DNA of 63,209 nucleotides, counting the filler, from Octopus bimaculoides (Eukaryota): the NCBI RefSeq assembly GCF_001194135.2. It is 11 parts of 11 records of this genome, joined end to end, with 100 filler letters (N's around TTAATTAATTAA, not from the genome) between each part and the next. Parts side by side here need not be neighbours in the genome. Positions count along the whole stretch, not along the records: positions 10,261 to 17,051 come from NC_068997.1; positions 17,152 to 28,846 come from NC_068994.1; 9 more parts are not named here. The stretch is one strand, 5' to 3'. The notes below the pieces were generated by a model, which saw only the letters and a list, made by a program, of their open reading frames with translations, did no database searches and was not told where the DNA came from. Positions 11,730-21,585 of the stretch are shown piece by piece. The position numbers were made by a program, and so were the translations under genes. The first letter of the stretch is position 1. Each line of letters starts with the position of its first letter.

Positions 11730-11960
11730 GTTATCATTTCTTATCACCAGTGCATCCGTTACAAGGTAATTTAAGAGTTAAATCTAAAACTAAGCGTGCA
11801 TATATAAATCGTACTTTTCTCATGTATGGCTCTAAGACACGGGATTGCTGAAGAACAGAATGCCACACACCAGCAGGTATTCCTTTGAGGAGCAGATAAG
11901 CAACCTTGCATTTCTTGATTATGAAGAAGTGTCGACCTTGCAGCAACGATTACATAATCT
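11730..11960 (+). mobile_element. Possible degenerate RTE-type LINE RT C-terminal fragment
   Basis: VKSKTKRAY..RTFLMYGSKT resembles the KTK..Y...L.YG.ETW motif of RTE elements; short and disrupted. Confidence 0.35.
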
Positions 11961-12264
11961 ACAGTCCCTTTCTCTTTAGCTCTCATCACCTCTCCCCCAC
12001 CATTTCTCTCTCTCCTCCTCCTTCGTCTCCTCTCTCTAAGAAGTATGTCACGTTTCCAGAATACGTTTGCACGTCAGTTGTCATTGGCCGAGTTAAAGAT
12101 CCTTCAGGTAAGAATTTCTACAATTTAGAACTCTCGGGGACATGACTAAATAGCGCAACATATTCATGTACGAATCAAAGATGGAGACTTCTATTGATCA
12201 CTCAATTTATTGGAAATAGTAGCTATATCCCCCTTAATTTACACCCTACTATATTCTTTTCTAC

Positions 12265-12401
12265 TCTAGGTACAAGGCCCGAAATTTGGGGGGAGGGGAG
12301 CAGTCGATTAGATCGACCCCAGTACGCAACTGGTACTTCATTTATCGACTCCAAAAGGATGAAAGGCAAAGTCGACCTCGACCGAATTTGAACTCAGAAC
12401 G
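12265..12401 (-). mobile_element. SINE family B, 3' part (split element)
   Basis: Family B core ending at GAACTCAGAACG; continues at 13201. Confidence 0.9.
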
Positions 12402-13200
12402 CCATCAAGCACATAGGGTTTACTCCGGGTGGAACTCTTGGTATTCTAGCCTTAGGTGTTCTCATTCCCATGTAAATTAGGATTAATATCGCGTCTTCCA
12501 ACTCTAATGATTTTACAGAGTGTTGTGCCGTTTCTGCGTTCCTGAACTTCACCTCGATGGTTCCAAACTTCTTCCCTCTGGCTAGGTATGTAATGTCCTG
12601 CCAGATGGGTTTTAAACATTTTTCAATTTTTTGCTCACATACCTTGTCAATTTTTCGAGCTTTTAAGTAGAATGAATGTTTTTAAAATAATAGTTTTCCT
12701 TTTTTCTGCCGTTAATTGTTCTTCTGGTATTTCCACTTTTACCACTCCATCGCGTACTGTTATCATTTCCTTGTATTCTAATCATTCTTCTTTGTCAGTT
12801 GACAGCTGTCGCGTTCCACTACTAGCTGCTGACGCAAAACTTTTTCTTTCTTTATTTTGAATGGTCTTTGCTTCTATATTTCTTTTGGCACCCGTAACTT
12901 TTGGTAATGCAGGGAATTCACTTTCCGAAACGTCAGAAATGTTATTAAAATTTAAACTTTCAATCTTCCTCGCTTTCCGCTCGGTCGATGAATCTTCACC
13001 CGACGAAGACACACTTTTCGGCATCTTGCCGGCAATTAATGTTTTCCCCCCTAGGGGAGAACCACAGATAGCTTTCGAAAGAAAACTATAATACAATTTT
13101 TAAACAATAAGTCCAACAATAGGCACAACAAGAGGTATAACGACATGACAATTAACAGAAACTTACTTTACGAACACACTCCAACAATAAATTTTCAATA
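12402..13200 (-). mobile_element. 5' UTR and start of an ORF1/gag-like region of a non-LTR retroelement, inserted into a SINE
   Basis: ORF 13096-12782 (MPKSVSSSGEDSSTERKARKIE..EFPALP..KSFASAASS) continues in broken frames to GTIEVKFRNAETAQHSVKSLELEDAILI. A low-complexity N-terminus followed by an RRM-like segment is typical of LINE ORF1. Clade not determined. Confidence 0.5.
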
Positions 13201-13289
13201 ACAGACAGACGAAATACCGCTAAGCATTTCGCCCGGCGTGCTAATGTTTCTTATTTCTTTACTGCCCACAAGGGGCTAAACATAGAGGG
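13201..13289 (-). mobile_element. SINE family B, 5' part (split element)
   Basis: CAGACGAAATACCGCTAAGCATTTCGCCCGGCGTGCTAA continues the family B sequence broken at 12401 (compare the intact copy at 11540-11590). Confidence 0.85.
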
Positions 13290-14699
13290 NNNNNNNNNNN
13301 NNNNNNNNNNNNNNNNNNNNNNNNNNNNNNNNNNNNNNNNNNNNNNNNNNNNNNNNNNNNNNNNNNNNNNNNNNNNNNNNNNNNNNNNNNNNNNNNNNNN
13401 NNNNNNNNNNNNNNNNNNNNNNNNNNNNNNNNNNNNNNNNNNNNNNNNNNNNNNNNNNNNNNNNNNNNNNNNNNNNNNNNNNNNNNNNNNNNNNNNNNNN
13501 NNNNNNNNNNNNNNNNNNNNNNNNNNNNNNNNNNNNNNNNNNNNNNNNNNNNNNNNNNNNNNNNNNNNNNNNNNNNNNNNNNNNNNNNNNNNNNNNNNNN
13601 NNNNNNNNNNNNNNNNNNNNNNNNNNNNNNNNNNNNNNNNNNNNNNNNNNNNNNNNNNNNNNNNNNNNNNNNNNNNNNNNNNNNNNNNNNNNNNNNNNNN
13701 NNNNNNNNNNNNNNNNNNNNNNNNNNNNNNNNNNNNNNNNNNNNNNNNNNNNNNNNNNNNNNNNNNNNNNNNNNNNNNNNNNNNNNNNNNNNNNNNNNNN
13801 NNNNNNNNNNNNNNNNNNNNNNNNNNNNNNNNNNNNNNNNNNNNNNNNNNNNNNNNNNNNNNNNNNNNNNNNNNNNNNNNNNNNNNNNNNNNNNNNNNNN
13901 NNNNNNNNNNNNNNNNNNNNNNNNNNNNNNNNNNNNNNNNNNNNNNNNNNNNNNNNNNNNNNNNNNNNNNNNNNNNNNNNNNNNNNNNNNNNNNNNNNNN
14001 NNNNNNNNNNNNNNNNNNNNNNNNNNNNNNNNNNNNNNNNNNNNNNNNNNNNNNNNNNNNNNNNNNNNNNNNNNNNNNNNNNNNNNNNNNNNNNNNNNNN
14101 NNNNNNNNNNNNNNNNNNNNNNNNNNNNNNNNNNNNAAACTTGTTCAGTTTCAATTTCAGGATAAGCAACAACATCACTCATGTTAGTCAACATGGGGTC
14201 TTGGAGGTTCAAGTATGTTACAGACTATAAAAACATCCTCCTGCAGACCGGTTAGTTTTCGGTTTCTTTTTTCTATTTCTCTTTAAACCGGCTGCCACTT
14301 AAGTATTCAAAATATTTTACACAGAAATTGAGTGAAAGGTGGGGGGGCGTCTGTTTTTCTTTCGATAGCAACTACTTGAAACTAAAGATATGTGCTATGA
14401 TATGTCCTCGTATTCTCTAGTCATGTACTTGTTTCTTTACCTCTTTATAATTGGTCGGATATTCATATCCGGGTTCTGTGGCATCAAACAGAAGATAGAT
14501 ATCGCTCAAGGAGCAAATTTATAGTAGGCAACTGGTTTTTTGTCTTTTCTTTATTTTCCCGTGAGACCCAACAAAATCACTTGTCAATTTTGATGAACAG
14601 ACAACTATTACGTGGTCACTCGACCTACTGTCTTAGAAATAGCAACCACATTACCCCAAATTACATTCTACTTTCTTAAAGAAAAAAGGACGCACTAGA

Positions 14700-15195
14700 C
14701 CAGTTCTCAATCATTTCTTAGCCATAAAGTTAACATCTCGAGTCATACCGACACATAAGGACCGGTTTCCCGGTTTCTTTGGCTTGTATATTCCCCACCT
14801 GGACGGGACGACAGTCCGTTGCAGGATTACTCACTTTTGCCAGATGAGTGGACTGGAGCAACATGAAATAAAGTGTTTTACTCAAGAGCATAATGCATCA
14901 CCCAGTCCAGGAATCGAAACCACAATCTTACGATCATGAGTCCAACACCCTAACCACTACACCACTATTTCATTCTGGTGGCCCCACAATTGCCATTCAA
15001 TGTTCAAAAAGTAGTTTTATAGAAACTTCTTTCAAAGTTCCTATTTTGTTTTCCACACATTAACTTGTGTAGGTTGAACTATGTAAAATGCTAGAGAAAG
15101 AAACCTGGCTGTTTCTTGCAATACATACCAATACAAACATCTAAAGCAAATTTTTTTCAAGGAACCTTGAAATATTTTATGAATGCCAACTTTAC
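14700..15195 (+). mobile_element. hAT-type MITE remnant, interrupted by a SINE
   Basis: TTCAATGTT..AAA.GTAGTTTTATAGA.ACTTC...CCTATTTTGTTTT..CACA.TTAACT is shared with 24708-24933 and 56012-56300. Confidence 0.65.
14755..14965 (-). mobile_element. tRNA-derived SINE family D
   Basis: Reverse complement of the full copy at 17818-18085 (GGAATCGAAACCACAATCTTACGATCATG, GAGTGGACTGGAGCAAC). Confidence 0.9.
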
Positions 15196-15201
15196 TATAT
15201 T

Positions 15202-15321
15202 AGGCGCAGGAGTGGCTGTGTGGTAAGTAGCTTTGTTACCAACCACATAGTTCCGGGTTCAGTCCCACTGCGTGGCACCTTGGGCAAGTGTCTTCTACTA
15301 TAGCCTCGGGCCGAACAAAGC
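15202..15321 (+). mobile_element. SINE family A head, fused to a Penelope pLTR
   Basis: Near-consensus head from AGGCGCAGGAGTGG to GGGCCGAACAAAGC. Confidence 0.9.
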
Positions 15322-15500
15322 ACATCACACTCTTTACCACTTCATACTAAAAATATCCGCCTATGGATATAATAATAGATTACTTTATTTTTTCTGTCTC
15401 CGATGAAGGGAAGTACTGGATCTTCCCAGAAACAGCTGTAAGACTCTATCCATAAAATTCTTCAACCTTACCTTTGCTCTCTTTATCTTTTTGTTTTTAT
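15322..15500 (+). mobile_element. Penelope-like element extreme 3' end (ORF end plus pLTR)
   Basis: Frameshifted LHTK.YP.YGYNNRL resembles the L.T..P.G.N terminus of PLE ORFs and is followed by a hammerhead. Confidence 0.65.
15396..15444 (+). ncRNA. Minimal type I hammerhead ribozyme motif
   Basis: GTCT CCGATGA A GGGAAG-tactggat-CTTCCC A GAAAC AGCT GTA AGAC. Stem I GTCT/AGAC, 6-bp stem II, palindromic stem III ACAGCTGT, GUA triplet, U4C core. Confidence 0.75.
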
Positions 15501-16324
15501 ATATTTACATATACACACGGTAATACACGACTTATAATACCCAATCCTGTTCATACAACGACTGGGGCAAACTAATCGGTATACAGNNNNNNNNNNNNNN
15601 NNNNNNNNNNNNNNNNNNNNNNNNNNNNNNNNNNNNNNNNNNNNNNNNNNNNNNNNNNNNNNNNNNNNNNNNNNNNNNNNNNNNNNNNNNNNNNNNNNNN
15701 NNNNNNNNNNNNNNNNNNNNNNNNNNNNNNNNNNNNNNNNNNNNNNNNNNNNNNNNNNNNNNNNNNNNNNNNNNNNNNNNNNNNNNNNNNNNNNNNNNNN
15801 NNNNNNNNNNNNNNNNNNNNNNNNNNNNNNNNNNNNNNNNNNNNNNNNNNNNNNNNNNNNNNNNNNNNNNNNNNNNNNNNNNNNNNNNNNNNNNNNNNNN
15901 NNNNNNNNNNNNNNNNNNNNNNNNNNNNNNNNNNNNNNNNNNNNNNNNNNNNNNNNNNNNNNNNNNNNNNNNNNNNNNNNNNNNNNNNNNNNNNNNNNNN
16001 NNNNNNNNNNNNNNNNNNNNNNNNNNNNNNNNNNNNNNNNNNNNNNNNNNNNNNNNNNNNNNNNNNNNNNNNNNNNNNNNNNNNNNNNNNNNNNNNNNNN
16101 NNNNNNNNNNNNNNNNNNNNNNNNNNNNNNNNNNNNNNNNNNNNNNNNNNNNNNNNNNNNNNNNNNNNNNNNNNNNNNNNNNNNNNNNNNNNNNNNNNNN
16201 NNNNNNNNNNNNNNNNNNNNNNNNNNNNNNNNNNNNNNNNNNNNNNNNNNNNNNNNNNNNNNNNNNNNNNNNNNNNNNNNNNNNNNNNNNNNNNNNNNNN
16301 NNNNNNNNNNNNNNNNNNNNNNNN

Positions 16325-16357
<33 letters not shown>

Positions 16358-16689
16358 CATATATATAGAGAGAGAGAATATAGAAAGTTTTTGTCAGGAT
16401 GACTCAAACTAATAGGTATGCGTTCTGAGCGCCCAAATAGTTGTGCTACCAGCATTCTAGTTAGAACAGCAATTGAAGTTGTGGTTGCGTAATTGTCTGG
16501 TACAAAAACAGGAAGGGTCTGTCTGAGTCAGTAAATATAGTTTAAAGTAGTGAGGAGGGGCAAACAATGCAGAACAAGGACATTTTGAACTATTTTTATC
16601 ATTCGTAAAGTATCTAAATTTAGATCGAATCTTAATTGAATCAAATGATTTTTACAAATATTACATGTTGTGGTAATTAGGTAAGGTTG

Positions 16690-17013
16690 CTCCTAATGGG
16701 GTCTCAGGGAGTAGCGTCCCTACTTTCCTGAGCATTTCCACCATTTCTTAAAAATCGTAGCAGAGGCCTTGGTCTCGGGACTACTCATGTCTAGAAACTG
16801 AGGTTGGGGTAAGCAAGGGCATGCTCCTCGTAGAAAATCCAGCTCCAAAAAAATCCTCATGATAGCAAAGGAGAATGGGCACCAGCCAGCCAGCCCAAAG
16901 GTTGGGGTGGGCTGCACCTGCCTACCTCCGGCCATCCCCGTTAACGGGGACAAAACCCGAATTTAAAACACTAGAGGATGATGATGAGGAGGAGGGGGAG
17001 GAGGAGGAGGATG

Positions 17014-17051
<38 letters not shown>
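16690..17051 (+). mobile_element. SINE-like or RTE-related retroposon with (GAT)n tail
   Basis: Central GGTTGGGGTAAGCAAGGGCATGCTCC..GTAGAAAA resembles the domain in the 53760 and 58840 elements; ends in GAG/GAT repeats. Confidence 0.6.
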
Positions 17052-17204
17052 NNNNNNNNNNNNNNNNNNNNNNNNNNNNNNNNNNNNNNNNNNNNTTAAT
17101 TAATTAANNNNNNNNNNNNNNNNNNNNNNNNNNNNNNNNNNNNNNNNNNNNGTGTAAATGGCTGAGCCCTCCACAGACACGCGCACCCATAACGTAGTCC
17201 TCAG

Positions 17205-17290
17205 GGAGGCCCAGTTGTTCAACTGGTACTTATTTTATCGACCCTGAAAAGATGAAAGGCGAAGTCGACTTCGGCAGAGTTTAAAACCAT
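17205..17290 (-). mobile_element. SINE family B fragment
   Basis: CAACTGGTACTTATTTTATCGACCCTGAAAAGATGAAAGGCGAAGTCGAC. Confidence 0.85.
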
Positions 17291-17817
17291 TATTATAGTA
17301 CGCTTGGCGGCATTTCGTCCGTCTTTACATGCTGAGTTCAAAATGTAAAGACGGCAGAAATACTGCTAAGCGTTCTATAATAATGACAAATGTTTCCTAT
17401 ACTTGTGATACTGAGTTCAATCCATCATATGGATATAGTTTTAAGATGAATATAGTCTCTGCCTATCTGACCGGGATCTCGATCCTCCACAAGAACTTAA
17501 CGAAGGTGGGGACTCATGTTTCAAGAACTCCACCAGACAATAGCAACCAACAAGAATTAACAACTACGAAAGATCACCGACAAAAGTTAGCTGAACTAAA
17601 TAGCTAATAACGGCGACTTTATGTAGAACTCAGCTTTTAAGCATCAGCATCTATCTTTAGGTTGTGCATTGACAGAATAATAGAGCGTTGGACAAAACTT
17701 CTTGAGGTGTTTAATTCTAGCCTTTACGTTCCGAGTCCAAATCCCGTCGTGGTAAACTTTACTGTTCATTCATTCGGCCGAGAAAATAAAGTATTGGTCT
17801 AGTATTAAGGTGGGAAG

Positions 17818-18085
17818 TGGAGGCGCGTGGCTTAGTGGTTAGGGTGTCAGCAACATGATCGTAAGATTGTGGTTTCGATTCCTGGACCGGGCGACGCGTT
17901 ATGTTCTTGAGCAAGACATTCATTTCACGTTGTTCCAGTCCACTCAGCTGGCAAAAAATTAGTAACGCTGCCATGGACTGGCGTCCCGTCCAGCTTGGGA
18001 ACACATACGCCATTGAAACCGGGAAACCGGGCCCATGAGCCTGGCTAGGCTTTAAAAGGGCGCATTTATTATTTATTTATTTATT
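17818..18085 (+). mobile_element. Full-length tRNA-derived SINE family D with 15-bp TSD
   Basis: A box TGGCTTAGTGG, B box GGTTTCGATTCC, (TTTA)n tail; TATTAAGGTGGGAAG at both 17803-17817 and 18086-18100. Confidence 0.95.
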
Positions 18086-18422
18086 TATTAAGGTGGGAAG
18101 GTCGATGCAATTAACTTACAACAGTGTCTTATCGAACAAGAGACTACAGATGGACAACATTCTTATCGCATTATCTTAATGCTGCTTGAGTTTTAAAAGC
18201 GAGCGAGGGTTAACCACAATGGTTTCATTATTCAGTCAAGAACTGAGAGCCCAAGGATTATTAACTTTGAAAGACATAACGAGGCACCAATTCCATACAA
18301 ATCTTATAACTAATGGAATCTTTGGCATGTCCTCAAAATGGCCAACATAAATCGACAGAAAAGCTTAGCATCAGTTTAGACTGATAGAATCTCTGGTTAT
18401 ATTTCCAGAAGACCAAGTATGC

Positions 18423-18536
18423 TTTCAGATGATCTGATACATGTTACCAAATGATCTTATGCAAATTTCCAGTTGATCTGATATTTGTTTTCAGATTATC
18501 TGATTTGTTTGTTGATGATCTGATACCTGTTTCCAG
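18423..18536. repeat. Degenerate 22-bp minisatellite, about 5 units
   Basis: Units such as TTTCAGATGATCTGATACATGT, TTCCAGTTGATCTGATATTTGT, TTGTTGATGATCTGATACCTGT. Confidence 0.8.
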
Positions 18537-18809
18537 TAGCTAAGTAACCTATGGCAATGAAAAATTATAAAAGTTCTGTCAAAATATAAAACGGAATGTC
18601 CACAGTGGATTCGAACTCAATAATTTTCAGATGGTAAATAGTTCGGTCATTTTATTTCTACACAACTTTCTGTGAAAAAAAAATCTATTATGTAGTTTGT
18701 TTACTCTAGTTGTAATCAGTTCTTGTAAGTTTAAAATTATCCTAATCTTAATCTTCTATATAATTCCATTCGCTCCAAGGATGATTTGTAGGAATATTAG
18801 ATCAATCCC

Positions 18810-18960
18810 ATTATTTAAGCAGGTACTTTATTTTCTCAATCCTCAGAAGGATGACAGGCAAAGCTGACGTTGGGTAAGATTTGAATTTAGAACGTAAAAG
18901 ATCGCAACAAATATCGAAAGGTATTTAGTTCGGCGCTTTAACGATTCTGCTAAACAGCCA
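18810..18960 (-). mobile_element. SINE family B, degenerate
   Basis: GGTACTTTATTTT...AGGATGACAGGCAAAG.TGAC...ATTTGAATTTAGAACGTAAA...AACGATTCTGC. Confidence 0.75.
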
Positions 18961-19791
18961 CAGGAACAGAAATGAGTTCCACAACTTCTGAATTCTCGTC
19001 TCTGAAAACAGAAAAATAAATGTTCTTTTTTCATAGTAATTAGTTCCGTACGTTTAGGCATGTCGGGTTGTGACTTTAAATTTTACTTCCCGAGGGTAGG
19101 GTCTGTAGGGGAGTGGGTAGATTAACTACGAAGTAGGCATCTTCTTGGATTCACTCAACTATACCTAAATACATGCCTATCCATACACCTCCTGATAACA
19201 TGTGGCCTGGTGCCAATAGGAAAAATCAATAATGTTACAAGTTCATTTGAAGTATTTGAAAAATGAGAAACATAATCTCGACTAAACAAAAGACTGCTTG
19301 ATTCGGGTTAAACAATAGGTTAAAGGTTGAAGCATCCTGTTTGAATAGCTATTCTAGCAGACAATTCCATCACGCTACGATTTGCAAAAGGGGATAGAGC
19401 AGGTTAAAATGGGATGCATAGACACATGATGAATTATGATACTTCAGCTGCTCTCTGAAAAGCCCAAGAGAATAAGGTTGTGTGCATTTGCTAATGTGAT
19501 GATACACAGCTCCCCGATGTATTTAAAGGATGATACATCTCTCACAATAGTTAATGAACAAAATTAATTAAAACTCATTACAAAGCCGGATTATGACTTA
19601 ATGCAAAGCAGATGTGAAGTGTCAGAGATGTTTTGTGTATAATATATTGAATTCGATTCCTCGTAGAAGATAACCATCAGATAATATAGTTTGTAGACTG
19701 TAATTCGCAATGATGTTATACTTTGCTTCCTTCTACTGGCTTGGTCTGGTCTGGCGGCCAGAGAGGAGGCTCCACCCATGGCTTTCACAGC

Positions 19792-19853
19792 TCATCCGGG
19801 ACCACTGACATCAATGCGTGTGATGTTCCACTTCAACATCACTAAGTTGGTGG
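19792..19853 (-). CDS. Candidate host exon of unknown product (possible last coding exon)
   Basis: Strong acceptor CTCCTTTTCTTCATATGTCTTTTTTTTTTTCTTTTCCTGCAG before 19853; one frame reads TNLVMLKWNITRIDVSGPG-stop. No recognisable homology and no partner exon found. Confidence 0.25.
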
Positions 19854-20079
19854 CTGCAGGAAAAGAAAAAAAAAAGACATATGAAGAAAAGGAGCTCCAG
19901 GGGTACTGGGGAGGAAGAACTGGACGCAGAAGTTTAGTGTAGGAGCTAAAGGGTTGGTGATAAACACAGTATGGGCGAGAAGAGGAGGAAAGAAGATTAG
20001 TCGGAAATGCATTAGTGGAGGTAACACGATAACAGATGTTTCCGAGGAACAGAGGCCACTGTGGAAGCAGTAGAGAAGG

Positions 20080-20245
20080 TAGAGAAAGGGAGGAAGACAC
20101 AGAGAGAGAAAGAGAGAAACAGACGGAGGGAGAGAGGGTGAGAGAGAGGAAGATAAAGGGAGAGAGTGGGAGAGAGAAAGAGAGAGGGAGAGAGAGAGGG
20201 GAGAGAGAGGGAGAGGGAGGAAGAAAAAGAGAGAGAGAGAGGGTG
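20080..20245. repeat. (GA)n purine-rich low-complexity tract
   Basis: Directly visible. Confidence 0.9.
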
Positions 20246-21275
20246 AGGTACATTTGTGAACTAGGGGTTTGAGGTGAGTGACATTCAGCCAATTATTTGG
20301 TGGATATTTTAGGGGTGCGGTGAAGGTGGTGTGTGTGTATGGGTACGATAAGTTTTGGCACAGTCATTTTGGTGCCGCCTATTTAGCGTTGCTGATTCAA
20401 TGCCGACATATTTGACATCTGACGCTTCGATGTTCCTTTCGTTCTCACCCTCTCCTCTCTCTCCTCTCTCTCTCTTTACCCGCTCTCTTCCTCTCTCTTT
20501 ATTTCCTTTCCAGTTTATATATGTGAACATATTTCTTTTTATGTGTCTGACGAGAGGATATCTGTTGATATCAATCATTTTCAATTAATAAACTGTAGTG
20601 TCCTTTTCTTCCTCTCTCCTTTCTTACCCCTTCTCTGTACATCTGTATGTGTATATTTCAGTGCGCGATCGTGCCTGTGTGTGTTTAACTCTAGCGTCTA
20701 AAAGTACTGTCACAAACACAGGTTGAATGTCTCGTCAGCTGTGGCAAATCGTCTGCGCCCAAACAACTGCGCCAAATCGTTCCATTCTGTGCACGTATAG
20801 GATCAACCATGTCATAAATGAGAAAACAGGATCCAATTGTTACTCTCACAATAGACAACATGTATCCTTAAATTATTCAGTTTTAATATATTTCGTACTA
20901 TTTCTCATTTATCGAAATTTATTTATATCATGCCTAAGTCTTAGTTTATTAAACTCCGTTTTCTCCTTTCTTGAAGTGTTGTTTCATATTCTCTTGAGAA
21001 CAGCTGACATTTCTCAGGGAATTCTATGTTATGCTAATTTCTACATACATCCTTACGTGTATAAACACGTATGTATGTATGTATGTATGTATGTATGTAT
21101 GTATGTATGTATGTACGTACGTATGCATGTATGTATGTATGTATGCATTTATGTATCTGTTTATGTATGTATACACGTTCATTTACAAAAATATGTAACT
21201 GCATGTATATGTGTGTACATACATGCATACATACGAATGTACGAATATATACACACCTACTTGCATATATATATC

Positions 21276-21306
<31 letters not shown>

Positions 21307-21585
21307 TCGCATGGCCTAGTGGTTAAGGTGTTACACTCAGGATCACGAGAGAGTGGCTTCAATTCCAAGACCAGATGGTGCGCTGTGTTCTTGAGCGAAT
21401 TACTTCATCTCACGTTGCTCTCCAAAACACTTCGTCACCTGACGCGTGTTACACCGTGCACTTGTTCAGGTAACATCGATTTGATGGTGAGCTAATGTGC
21501 TGCACGAGCAATTTGATCACTATAAACAGATATTTTGTGCAGGTCGTTCAACAGAACCTGAACGCTCATTCGTCGTCTTCGACTT
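21307..21585 (+). mobile_element. tRNA-derived SINE (family D-like head, different 3' half)
   Basis: CATGGCCTAGTGGTTAAGGTGTT...TTCAATTCC...GTGTTCTTGAGC...CATCTCACGTTGCTC. Confidence 0.75.

Noticed and set aside
14139-14215. Short protein-like stretch NLQDPMLTNMSDVVAYPEIETEQV at a gap edge
   Set aside because: Too short and truncated by N-run to assign.
16698-16810. Possible HDV-like ribozyme (GGGGTCT/AGGCCTT as P1, GG, TCTCGG/CTGAGG as P4)
   Set aside because: No convincing P2, P3 or L3 and no catalytic C in J4/2; the downstream part matches a SINE central domain. An HDV descriptor search on the family consensus would settle it.
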